This document shows positions 50,982-62,585 of a DNA stretch of 64,000 bases, one piece after another. The DNA comes from Squalus acanthias (taxonomy: Eukaryota). Location: assembly GCA_030390025.1 (NCBI GenBank), contig CM059433.1, positions 16,184,001-16,248,000 of the forward strand, read 5' to 3'. The notes below the pieces were generated by a model. The model did not search any database. It was not told where the DNA came from and saw nothing but the letters and a program-made list of their open reading frames with translations. Position 1 is the first letter of the stretch; the number at the start of each line of letters is the position of its first letter. Made by a program: the position numbers and the translations under genes.

Positions 50982-53900
50982 GGCCTTGATTTTCCTCACA
51001 AACCCACTCCACTTTGGGCGGTGTAGAGGCGGTGTGAGAAAGAAAATGGGGTGGAGTGGCCTTCCTCTTAAAACTCGCCCCAAAAAACCGCTGTTGGAAT
51101 TTTCCTCCGCTTGCCCTGACTGTGACTGAGCCGCCTGTCTTGAGCCTACCTTGCCGCATGTAAATAAAGGTGGGAGACATGACTGCCTTCTCCCCAGGAT
51201 TTCCGTTAGTTTCTGTCCAGTTCCCACCCTCAGGGAAACACTGTCGCTACACAGGTGGCTGTGTTGGGACCAGTACAGAATCCCAGAGGTGGGAAAGCCC
51301 CGTGGAAGCCATTGCTGACTGTTATAAGCAATCCTGTAGTACTTTAAAGCCTGGAAGCAACTATCAATATCAGTGACTCTGGAAACAAAGGCATTAAAGG
51401 AAGTTGCTAGATTTGCACAAAAGATTAAAAAGTGAAGTTAATTTTAGGGAAGTAATGGATTTCCCTCTTAGAATTCTATTCTTCCTATGTTTTGAGGAAG
51501 AGGTTGATGAGGACCTGGAAGAGAGGAAGTGGGAAGCCAGGATAGTCCAGCACCATGTATTGAGGCAACACCTGACCTGTAAATACCCACGCCAAGGAGA
51601 TCATATATGGATTTTCCCACAGACAGTGTGCAAGGATACATCGATTTCCTCCGAATGCAGTGAGTTATGCCAGCTGTTGGCACCAAGTCTGCCGCCTCTT
51701 TCTATCCGGAGCGCAGCCTTGTCAGTGGCTGAATTTTTATGCCCTTTGATGTTTTCAGGCAGTCTTGGGTGACTTCAATTGCTTAGATCCCATTAGTCAA
51801 TCAGCAGTGCACCACTGCATTAAACAGATGATGGATGCCCTGCTGCAGTGGGCTTCAGATTTCATATCCTTCTTCATGGACCCACCAAAGCAGCGACATT
51901 GAGAACTCAAAATAATATCAAGTAGCCGGATTCCGCCAACTCCAAAGTGTTATTTTTTTTATTCATTCATGGAATGTCACCTATGTGGTATTAAAGGCAT
52001 CAACTGTACATGCCCTGAATTTCATCAATAGGAAAGGTTTTCATTCTGTGAATGTGCAGCTTCTGAGTCATCATTCTATATGTGAGTGCAAGCTACCCTG
52101 AAACCATGATTCTTTTGTTCTGTGACAATCAAAGACACCTGCATTGTTTCGTCAGAGCAATGTGTCAGGATAGTTGATTGGAGACCAAGGCTACCCACCT
52201 CAACCATGACTGATAATACCACTCCATCGTCAGAGGACAGATGGTGACAGCAGGTTCAGTTGTATGCTACGCACATCATTGTTGTACAGATCATTGGTAC
52301 TCTGACGTTCCATTTTCATTGCCTGGATAGCTCGAGGGAGCTCTACATTATAACCCAGCAAGGTTGCAAGAATTAGTGCTGTATGCAGCATAATTTTGCA
52401 CTTAGGAAAGGATTGGACCTTGCATTTGCTGAAGATGAATTGGAAGAAGGTGGTGTCTATCAGTGTCCTGATCGTGACGAGGATACCCAGGTGAGCGAGG
52501 AGATGAAGCAGCACACTAGATTAGGCAAAACAAAATCACCGTTTTACAGAAGAAAGGAGATGCTCTGTCTTCAGAAATTATAATGTCATTGATGAGCCTT
52601 TGCATTGTTCACAGCTAACTATTATTTCAATCTGCAATACATTACATATCTTACAGGGAAAGGACACTTAAAACCAAATTAAAAGCGAACTGGAGGCCTC
52701 CATAAAAAAATAATTCACTAACACAACAATCTGCAAAAGAATTCCACATTTACTGATCATCTCTTCATTGTCATTTTACTATTTCTTATGACTCTTCCTA
52801 CCGCTTCTGACTAAAACCCTTCTCACATGTGAACTTAACCTTTTGTATGGTTTTACATCGCCATCAGGAAGTTTGTATCTGGGACTTTATCGATGGAGCC
52901 TTCGACTACTGAAAGTGTCAATGATGCTGATGTCCTTGCGCTGCTTTCAGTGTCTGGTTGCTCGGACATCCAATATCTAGTGCGCCGAGGCCAGAGGGTC
53001 CCTCCAGTGCTGGCATTCGAGGGGGCTGGAATGATTTATCTGCATTGCCGTTATGAAAAACAGCCGACATAGGCGGCCGTTCCTTGCAGTCCACCGACGC
53101 TGGGCATGGACTGAGTTGGGCTAATGGTCTCCATGAGACCAAAAAGAAAAGTTTCAATTAAGTCTGGATCAATTGCCTGGATGAGTGCAGCTCCAACAAC
53201 ACTCAAGAAGCATGAATGGGGATTCCCTTCTTTTATTGGTTGGGCCAGCCCACGTGATCCCAGAGGTGCTGGCGGGGTGCTGGCGAACCGCCTGCACCCC
53301 TGGGATACGTGGGGCTCTACCCGCAGGTACCTGGAGAGGCCCAGGACCGCGAGTCTCCGTACCTCCCGGACCACCAGGTACGCAGGCATTTTATTTGCGG
53401 ATCAGAGGCATTTCCCTGCGGGAAACCTCCGACCGCAAATTCAGGGCCATCATTTTTTTTGAAGACTGGGCTCTTGAGATCTGGGTCCCTGGGCTCCTCT
53501 GCTGAGGGTAGTCATTTTTTCTCTTTCCCCCTCCATCCTCCCGTTCCACTGGGAGAGAAAGCTGATTCCTCCTCATCCCTTCCAAGTTCCTACTTCTCAC
53601 TGATGTCTCATTTATCTCTACATTTATCCTGGATGGTGTAGAAGTGAGTCATGCTTCCAACATTATTTTGAGATCTACATGGGTATCCATGCCTTCACGC
53701 ACTTTGGACAATACCAGAAGGTTATTAAAACATTTCTTGCACTAATACTGTTTGTGGGATGGTTGAAGTGGCATTGACTGCCTGAACCACCTCTCTCTCC
53801 ATACTGCCTGCACCACCCTTTCCTGAGACTTTCTATCGTGGGTGCCAAAGATCCTGTCTCTCCTGCCCCTATCTCTACCAGCATAATAACCTCCACAGAA

Positions 53901-54222
53901 GCTTCTGAGAATCTGGGGCTTTGGACACAGAAGACTCTCCATTGCTGCTGCTCCTTCTGCGATTTGTTCTTTCTGTCTTTCTTTACTTCATACACCTTCA
54001 GGCCCTTTTAAGCAGCAGGATTTTAACTACTATAACTAAACTCCAGATCCTCTGGCAGAGTATCAGTCAGAAGTTTGATTCCCACATTAAACCCACTCTA
54101 TATATAAGATTAGGATTCCCCCCACCCCAAGTAAAATGCTATTGATTACCAGTGAAATCGCTCTGGGTGGGCAGAATTCCTGCCCTGCCATGTTTCCAGT
54201 AGGGCCCTGACAATCCCAGGCC
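50982..54222. mobile_element. Older decayed two-gene PIF/Harbinger transposon (transposase relic on +, ~51500-52550; Myb relic on -, ~53700-53940)
   Basis: TAG|GGCCTTGATTTTC ... GACAATCCCAGGCC|TAG. Plus strand has NRKGFHSVNVQL and IGDQGYP; minus strand has SPRFSEAS..VW..VVQAVNATS..CKKCFNNL. A MITE fragment is nested at ~53240-53450. Confidence 0.8.
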
Positions 54223-54544
54223 TAGCAGTCAGTATTTGATTGAGTTTTTGCCGAGCACTTTTTATTGAACACAATTTATTTTTATACCAGCTAAATTTGG
54301 TAGTCTTGAATCTATTTTATATTGTTGCCTCAGGTCAGGTTTTATTATCTGTCTTGATGTGCATTGGCATATTTAGAAAGGGTGGTTGGGGGGGGCGGGG
54401 GTGCAGGGGGCGGAGAGGTTGAGATTACACCTATCAATGGTTTCAAAGATAGTTTCAACTATCATCCAGAGCAGAGAATTTTTATCTTTGAGTAAGTATG
54501 ATGATGTGAATTATCGATGATTCATTTTGGCTCTAAACGGTTAT

Positions 54545-55357
54545 AAGAACATAAGAAACAGGAGAACATAAGAAATAGGAGCAGGAGTCGGCCATTTGGC
54601 CCTTCGAGCTTGCTCTGCCATTCAGTAAGGTCATGGCTGATCTTCTACCTCATCTTCACTTTCCTGCACTATCCCCATATCCCTTGATTCCCTTAATATT
54701 CAAAAATCTATCGATCTCTGTCTTGAATATACTCAACGACTGAGCCTCCACAGCCCTCTGGGGTAGAGAATTTCAAAGATTCACCAACCTCTGAGTGAAG
54801 AAATTTCTCCTCACCTCAGTCCTAAATGGCCGACCCCTTATTCGGAGACTGAGACCCCTGGTTCTAGACTCTCCAGCCAGGGGAAACATCCTCCCTGCAT
54901 CTACCCTGTCAAGCCCTGTAAGAATTTTGTATGTTTCAATGCGATCACCTCTCATTCATCTAAACTCTAGGGAATATAGGCCTAGTCTACTTAATCTCTC
55001 CTCATAGGACAATCCCCCCATCCCAGGAACTAGTCTGGTGAACCTTCGTTGCACTCCCTCTATGGTAAGTATATCCTTCCTTAGGTAAGGAGACCAAAAC
55101 TGTACACAGTACTCCAGGTGTGGTCTCACCAGGGCCCTATATAATTGCAGTAAGACGTCTTTACTCTTATACTCAATCCTCTTGTAATAAAGGCCAACAT
55201 ACCATTTGCTTTCCTAATTGCTTGCTGTACCTGCATGTTAACTTTCAGTGATTTGTGTACAAGGACACCCAGGTCCCTCTGAACACTAACATTTCCCAGT
55301 CTCTCACCATTTAAAAAATACTCTGCTTTTCTATTTTTCCTATAATAGTGGATAACT
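54545..55357 (-). mobile_element. CR1-type LINE 3' fragment, same subfamily as 4660-6141
   Basis: ORFs 55126-55425 and 54773-54955; (cataagaa)n tail. Confidence 0.92.
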
Positions 55358-55583
55358 TGGTAGGAAAAATTATTGGAGAATTCAAATTTGTTTTGCATTT
55401 GCAATAGCAAATAAAGAACTTTCATTTATATAGCATATTTGACATTCCCAAACTGTGTCACAGTCAATGAGTTACTTTATAAGTCTGGCTACTGTTGTTC
55501 GGTCAGCAAAAATAGAGCAGAAATCATGTTTGTTCACAACATATTCACAAACAATAACGACTAAATTAGCAATTGATTGTATT

Positions 55584-56080
55584 GGCCCAGAATTTGCTGC
55601 CAAACTAATGGCAAGTTTAATGGCGCTTGCCATTATTAATGTGTAAATTGCCCAGCAACTTGTGGCGAGGAGGAGATTATCCCCCGTGAATTGCAAATCA
55701 CCACAAGTTGCTGGTCAATTTGCGCCGCTCCGCCATTAGCTTTGCGAAAACGTCAGCTCACAGTCAACCTCCCCGTGAGTTTCATAAAGTTGCTGCATTT
55801 GCACATTAATTGCCAATTAAACTCGCTGTATTTATTCACCCTATTTCTGTTTCGGTCATTCCTCTGTTTCTTTCTCAATCCTTGAATCTCATTAATTAAG
55901 GAGATACACTATTGATCCCATCGTTCACCAAGGTCCCAGATGCCCCGTTGCCCTCACCGTACTGTTATCAGATCACACTTCCAGCAATTTGCAGCGCCAA
56001 CATTTTTGAGCTGAAGGCGGAAGGGAAAATGTCTAGCTAATGGGGCATGCCACGGATTCCCCGCTCCAGCAAATTCTGGG
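55584..56080. mobile_element. Harbinger-like MITE
   Basis: ATT|GGCCCAGAATTTGCTG ... CAGCAAATTCTGGG (terminal CC lost). Confidence 0.72.
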
Positions 56081-56992
56081 AGTTTGGTTACTCTATATCA
56101 AGTGTAGGTTGAAAAAGAGTGCTTCAGAATATACTTACTATATTTACTAACTGTGAAAATATATAGATTTATACTTGCATAACCTTTTATGTTATGGTAA
56201 CAAAGGGTATGGACTGAACATGTTTTATGTTGTATTTACAGTAACCTGACACTATAAATTGTTTTGAATATCGGAGAGCCATTCATCGAATAATGTATAA
56301 TCATGCCACTAATTCGGATGGAATAATTGACAAGTCTATTAATATTTTTTTTCTTTATGTAATTAATCTCTGTTCTAATAATTATTAATAAATTAATAGG
56401 GCATACAAGTGTGTAGAAGTAGACAGTCCATGTAAACCATCCATTCTTGGTATTTCAACTCTTGAAAAGATATTTAACAGCGGGGATTTGTGAAGATGGT
56501 TCTGAGTAGAATTGGATTTAACCTTTTTGGTACAGCATTAGATTTCTCTTATTAACTGGAGGCAGTTCACAGTTGTGGCTTCTTGGAAGTATTACCTGTG
56601 TTTCTTTGTCTCCTTCTTCAGGAAATTTTAAACACTTAGGGGGAAAAATTCAGTATCGCCCCGTTTGGGGCACCATTATCGGCCGTGCGCAAAGTTTAAC
56701 GCCTGGCGCTAATTATCGCCTCCGACTGCAAACTTGACTTTTATCACCCCTGGAGGTGATTGGAGCGCTAAATCAGGCACTACACACCCGTCTTAAGGCG
56801 CAAAGGCCGAGGAGTGAGACGCTAACTCAGAGCGCGGGCGCAGCGCAGGTGATGTCAGTTAGCGATGGAACACAGACACACTGACAGTTCTTAAAGGGGA
56901 GGGTCGATCTTGCTCTCCAGCCACACCCTGCTCATTGCAGCCTTGAATCTCGGCCTGGAGAGACCTGTACCTAAATCATCCAGCCAAGGACT

Positions 56993-58869
56993 ATGGAGAG
57001 GGTGAGAACACGAGCTCAGCGCTTCAGCGAGCGAGCCTTGGATGCTCTGGTTGATGCGGTGGATCGCAGAAGATCTATACTGTTCCCTGAGAGTGGCAGG
57101 AGGCCTTTGCCCCGCGAGTACAGAAGAGTGTGGAGGGAGCTGGCTCAGAGCGTCTCCTCCAGGAGCATGGTGCCCAGGACCCATATACAATGTCGAAAAA
57201 AGTTCAACGACCTCACTCGGATCGTCGGGGTGAGTGGCTTTTTTTCAATACCTCTCCATCCCTCCATCTCAACCTCACTCTATGGCCAGAGGGTCTTAAA
57301 ACCCCAATGCCCAACACTCATCCAACACCTTCGGCCCTCTCATGAAACACACACGCGCATTCCACACTTTGCATACAGTAAGGGCTATTCACCTATGGGA
57401 GGCACATCAGGCAAGACCATGGCTGCATACAGTAAGGGCTATTCACCTATGGGAGGCACATCAGGCAAGACCATGGCTGCATACAGTAAGGGCTATTCAA
57501 TTATGGGAGGCACATCAGGCAAGACCATGGCTGTATATTTACTCAGACGCTGTCCTTTTTCTTGCAGGCCAAGCTATCTCATAATAGGAGACAGCAGCAA
57601 CGGACGGGTGGAGGGCGGCCTGAGCTGCAACCCCTCAGCGATCTTGAGGCGCGCGTCCACAGGATTGTGGCAAGCCAGGTGATCGGTCCCGTTGCCCCTG
57701 GAGAGGCCGACCTCGTTCTGGACAGCAATGGTAAGGTGATCACCTTTTTCTCCTCTCTCCTTCCACTTGTCCTTCACAACACCGGCCTTTGACACTTTCA
57801 ATCCAACTTACTAAATCGCTGCACTCATTCCTCCCTTACTGCCACCCTGTCCTCACGCTAAAGCCACTCTTGTACCTCCCTGCTTTCAGATGGTGATTCA
57901 CCAGCTGAGGAGACGGGCCCTCAAGCTGCCAGTGGGAGTGAAGCTGCAGCCGAGGAGGAAGATGAAGCCGGAGCATCAGCGCCACCCTCTCCCGAGGAAG
58001 CCCATGCCCACACTGGGAACACGCCTTCCCTGGAGGGGAGCAGGGGGGGAAGGGGTCTGATGAGGTTGAAGCTCCAGGACCCAGCGGGCTGCAGCAACGC
58101 GATGGAGGTAGGGAAGCTCAGGGGCCTTCTCCCTGGAGGGAGAGTAGTTCAGCGAATCCTGCTGCACTGGACGCAGAGGAGGAGCGGCTCATCGCTGAAA
58201 TGAACACCCAGGCGGTGGACATGCACACTGAGCTCATGGGTGCAGTGGGAAGGGTGCCCGAATGCATTGAATCACTGGCAAGGAGTGTGGAGCACTTCGC
58301 TGTAGCACAGGCGGATGCCACGCTAAAGATTAGTGCTGCAATTCAGTCACTGGCTGCCATGACCCCATCTCAGACTGCTCTCATGCAGACTCCGATTGAG
58401 GTCACGCAAGCACTGACTGCTGCCATTCTCGCTGGTTCGGACACATTTCCCCGGGGCTCTCACCGCACCGCAGCAGGCCAGCAATCTGTGCTCCAGCAGA
58501 TTGCTCCGGATGCTGAAGTGCTGCCCCATGGGAGTTGCCCGTGTGTCGGTCGAGCAGGGAGTTGCTGTCCTCTCTCAAGATGACAGCATTCCTGCTGCCA
58601 CCACTGTCACTTCTCCATTGCACTTGCCACCGCCTGTAGGCCAGACTGCTGCCGCCCATGCAGAGTTGGTGCAGTCTGCAGCCGGGCCCTCCAGGCCCAG
58701 AGCTGGTCGAGGCCGTCCTTCAAGGGCATCTGCAGTCTCAGGTTCTGACAATCGGCAGCCTTCCACCAGCCTTGCTGCAGCCACTGGGGCCCCATTACGG
58801 AGGAGCAGTAGGGTGGGAAGGGGGGAAGTGCGCAAGGGAAGGAGATCACCCTCGAAGGGCAAAAAGTAG
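56993..58869 (+). pseudogene. Harbinger Myb/SANT-like DNA-binding protein gene, 3 exons (56993-57229, 57568-57730, 57890-58869), apparent frameshifts in exon 3
   Basis: RFSERALDALV..W..LA..QCRKKFNDL|gtgagt; cag|AKLSHNRRQQQRTGGG..|gtaagg; ttcag|acidic, low-complexity exon ending in a basic tail (RKGRRSPSKGKK). Frame changes near the G-run at ~58040 and at ~58540. Confidence 0.85.
57371..57532. repeat. 54-bp tandem repeat x3 in intron 1 of the Myb-like gene
   Basis: GCATACAGTAAGGGCTATTCACCTATGGGAGGCACATCAGGCAAGACCATGGCT repeated three times. Confidence 0.95.
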
Positions 58870-59178
58870 GTGGTGTGACAAAATGTTTGTCAATTTTTTA
58901 TTAAAGGCCGAGGTTCGTGGTCAAACTTTTGTTCAGTGTTTTGGACATTATCTCCAGGTTGTGAGAACCAGTTATGTTAATGACTTTTTTTGTGTTTCTT
59001 TCTTTTAGTTTGTCATGAAGAAATGACACACACAGAGTTTGTAAAATAAATAATTTTTTGTATTCAAAATATACATGTTTGGTCTTTGGAATCATTGTTG
59101 CCTTGGCCGGCTTATGGGTTGCAGGTTGGTTTCATTCATGTTGTTCTCAATGGCAGAAGCCATTTCCTCAGCAGGGGC

Positions 59179-60324
59179 CTAGAAGCGGCTTTCTATCAGC
59201 CGTTGACGGACGGCCCTTCCAGTTTCAAGATTGTGGGCCTCCCTCCTGCCTTGGTGCTGCTGCCGATCCTCCTCCTCCTCTTCCTCCTCCTCCTCCGGTG
59301 GTGCTCCAAGGCCTGGTGGCATTGGCTGGGTCCTGAGGATTGCCAGGTTATGCAGCATGCAGCACACAACTATGAAGAGGGAGACTCGCTCAGGCGAGTA
59401 CTGCAGGGCTCCTCCTGAGTGGTCCAGACAGTGGAACCGTTGCTTGAGCACGCCGATTGTCTGCTCAACGATGTTCCTGGTGGCAAGATGGCTCTCGTAC
59501 TGCAGCTCAGCAGGGGTGTTGGGGGAACGGAGCGGTGTCATCAGCCAGGTGCACAGTGGATAACCCTTGTCCCCGAGAAGCCAACCACTTGGGTGATGCG
59601 GTGCCTGGAAAAGGTCTGCCACAGTAGTCTGGCATAGGATGAATGCATCGTGGCTGCTGCCAGGATAGCGGGCATTGACAGCGAGTATCAGCTGTCTGTG
59701 GTCACAGACTAACTGGACGTTTAGGGAGTGGAATCACTTTTGGTTGCGGAAATCCTCTGCATTTTCATGCGGTGCACGCAATGCCACATGCGTGCAGTCA
59801 ATGGCACCCTGCACCATGGGGATGCCCGCTATCCTCGCAAAGCCCAATGAGCATTCATGCTGTTTGGCCCGGGTCATCGGGAAAGCAATGTACTCTCGTC
59901 TCCTTTTATAGAGGGCATTTGTGACCTGACGGATGCAGCAATGGACAGCGAACTGGGAGATATTGGTGATGTCCCCAGTAGCTGCTTGAAAGGAGCCGGT
60001 GGCATAAAAGTTCAGAGCCACTGTGATCTTCACTGCCACCGACAGAGACGTCCTGGACCTCAGTAGAGGCTGCAGATCTGGCTGCAGCAGGTGGCAGAGC
60101 TCAGTGACCACCTCCTTGCTGAAGCGCAGCCTTCGCAAACACTGCTCCTCAGACATATTAATGTAGGAGAATTGTTGGCGAAATACCCTAGGAGGGTAAG
60201 GTCTCCTGTACAGAGGCCTGTTGGCTCACCTCCGTCTGGCCATGATTGCCACTCTCTCTCTGCGTCTTTGTGGCCTCCGAATCTGCCGGCGCAGGACGAC
60301 GCCCCCAATCAGTGCAGTCCCCAT
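59179..60324 (-). pseudogene. Harbinger (HARBI1-like) DDE transposase, single frame with two nonsense codons
   Basis: ATG at 60324; [74 protein letters not shown] at 60228-60226 and 59736-59734. Confidence 0.93.
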
Positions 60325-61254
60325 AGTCTCTTGGCAATCAAAGTAATGAAGGTCAAAAACAAAAGTACCTGCAAAGTGATGCTCAGTAGCCAAAACTACT
60401 TCACACAGCGTTGACTCTATGCAGAAGTCTCTCCTTCTCTCTCTCAGAATCTCTCTGTCAGAATGAGTGGTGCAAAAATGTCTACCACAGAAAAAGCCAG
60501 GAAGAAGCCACGTTTAAATAGCACCCCCCCAGCCCCACACTGACTGGGAAACGTTCCAGTCTACCTGTCGTTGCTTGTGCCAGGCGGAAAGGAGGGGGGC
60601 ACCACTCAATATCCGCTCTGGGGCGCCACAAGGGCGTTGCACGCTCGAATGACGTCAAGATCTGGGTGCGCAGGAGATCGGGACGGTATTGTTTAGCGCC
60701 GCCGCAAAATGTCTGGTCAATTTCGCGAGCGGCGCAGATATCGCCACGCCCGTGCGCTAGTTGCTTTGCGCCCCATTAGCGCACTCTTAAGGCGCTAACG
60801 GGAGGCGCAAACCAACTGAATTTTTCCCTCTTAGTTCTTATGGGGAACAGTTGAGAGGTGAGGCTGGATTTTCCTGCACTGTTGAAAATGGGTGGGTTTT
60901 GAGAGGAAGATTCAGGCTGTGATGAGTATTTTCAAGAAATCCAGAAAAAAAAAGTTCACAATTTTTGTTCTGCATCACAAAGTTTGCAAAACTGAAATAG
61001 TTGATTTGCACATAATAAATATTTTAAATGTCATTAATGAAGCGGGAATAATCTATGAAATGATGAACTTTCAGGCCAACAGAACTTTTTCTCAGTTACT
61101 TGTTCAGCTATTGCCCCTAACTCTAAAGGGGTGCGAATGCTTACAGGATCCGTTTTCTAATTATATAAGACGTAGATTGATCACCGTTTTCTCAATTTAT
61201 GGACTGACGTGACATTTTTATCAATTCACATTTTATTTTCTGTTCATTTTAAAG

Positions 61255-61368
61255 CTCATGTGATAGCTAAAGCACAAGGACTTGCAATCCTCTCGGTGAT
61301 TAAAGCTGGATTTTTAGTAACTGCACGCGGAGGCAGCGGAATTGTGTTGGCCCGCCTACCAGATGGAA
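61255..61368 (+). CDS. SH3YL1: SH3YL1 coding exon 3
   Basis: ttttaaag|CT CAT GTG ... GAT GGA A|gtaagg gives AHVIAKAQGLAILSVIKAGFLVTARGGSGIVLARLPDG, in phase with exon 2. Confidence 0.97.
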
Positions 61369-62520
61369 GTAAGGGTGTTCAATTCTTGATCTTTTAAAAA
61401 AAAAATACATATGCATATGTAATATTATTTTGGTCGACCTTTGAAACTCATTTAATTTTTTTTTAATTAAAAAGGAAAATTATATGAACGAAAAGGATTA
61501 CAATGTTGTCCTGTAATATCTATTTGAAAAGTACATTCCTGTTACTAATCATTTAGAAAAAACTTAATAGTAACTTTGCTGTGTTTCTAATGTTGGGCAT
61601 GGAAATGTGACATTTCTTTGCTTATTTTCTGGTCCAACAAACCTCATATATTCCCACCGTAATAGACAGTGTGATTTGCTGGGTGTTGTGGCTAAGATAC
61701 AGAACATTGTAGTGTGGAACATTCTTTTAATATCACTTTCTAATGTTGGTATAGGCTGGTAGTTCTAACAAGGGTGTGCTGGAGCCTTATTCCAATGGCC
61801 TACCTCTTTGATGTTAAGGTTTGTCTTCTATGCAGCAGCAGTATAAATGCAATAGCACTACTGCTAGCTGAGATCAATGACACAGCAGATTTGTTAGTTA
61901 TTGATGGAGAAATTGCCTGTCCAACACTGAATAATTTATTGCCTAGTTTCGGGACTCTTTTTTGTACTTTTGCGTGCAGTCACTTCATTTTTTTTCACAT
62001 CTGACTTCAAATACAAAAAAAAAAATTATTATTAATTAATTTTTAAAAAAATACCTCCTCCCTCCCAGAGTCCGGTCATCTGATTGAGCAAAAGATAATG
62101 ACCGTAATTTTCCCCCGCCGTCAAATAGCAGTGCCACCTCAGCGTCCAATATAAACGTCAACTGGCATGCAGTCAAAGGCACAGGTGACCAAAGGCCTGT
62201 ACACCTGAGCATCTGAAGCGCTCCTGCTCGCATCTATACAGGCAGCGAAATGATTTCACTGCTGTTGGTCTATATGGACCTCCTCTTGTCGTTGATACAA
62301 GGTTTCACCACTAAAGGAAAGAGTTGCTCATGCAGAGTTTGAGCACTGATCTGGCTGCTGCAAAAACCCCTTTCAGCTGTGAACTTGGAACCTGGCTCAG
62401 GCAGACTGCTTCAGGATTAAAAATGAATAAAAGAAAACATTTTGTTTTTGCTCAAACCGTCATTCTTGTGTCGTCTTCTTCATGGTTAAAATGTTTTGAA
62501 TTTGTATTTGTTCCAAACAG

Positions 62521-62585
62521 GATGGTCTGCTCCCTCGGCAATAGGCATTGCTGGGCTTGGTGGTGGTTTTGAGATTGGAATTGAG
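62521..62585 (+). CDS. SH3YL1: SH3YL1 coding exon 4 (gene continues beyond the window)
   Basis: ccaaacag|GA TGG TCT GCT ... ATT GAG|gtaggt gives RWSAPSAIGIAGLGGGFEIGIE, in phase with exon 3. Confidence 0.97.

Larger units (their letters stand above)
56639..60830. mobile_element. Complete PIF/Harbinger DNA transposon (4192 bp)
   Basis: TTA|GGGGGAAAAATTCAGT ... ACTGAATTTTTCCCTC|TTA: 16-bp TIR with one mismatch and TTA TSD, enclosing convergent Myb-like and transposase genes. Confidence 0.96.

Noticed and set aside
59179..60324. Host HARBI1 (or NAIF1/MSANTD for the Myb ORF) domesticated gene
   Set aside because: Enclosed by TIRs and a TSD and carrying nonsense or frameshift lesions, so it is a transposon copy.
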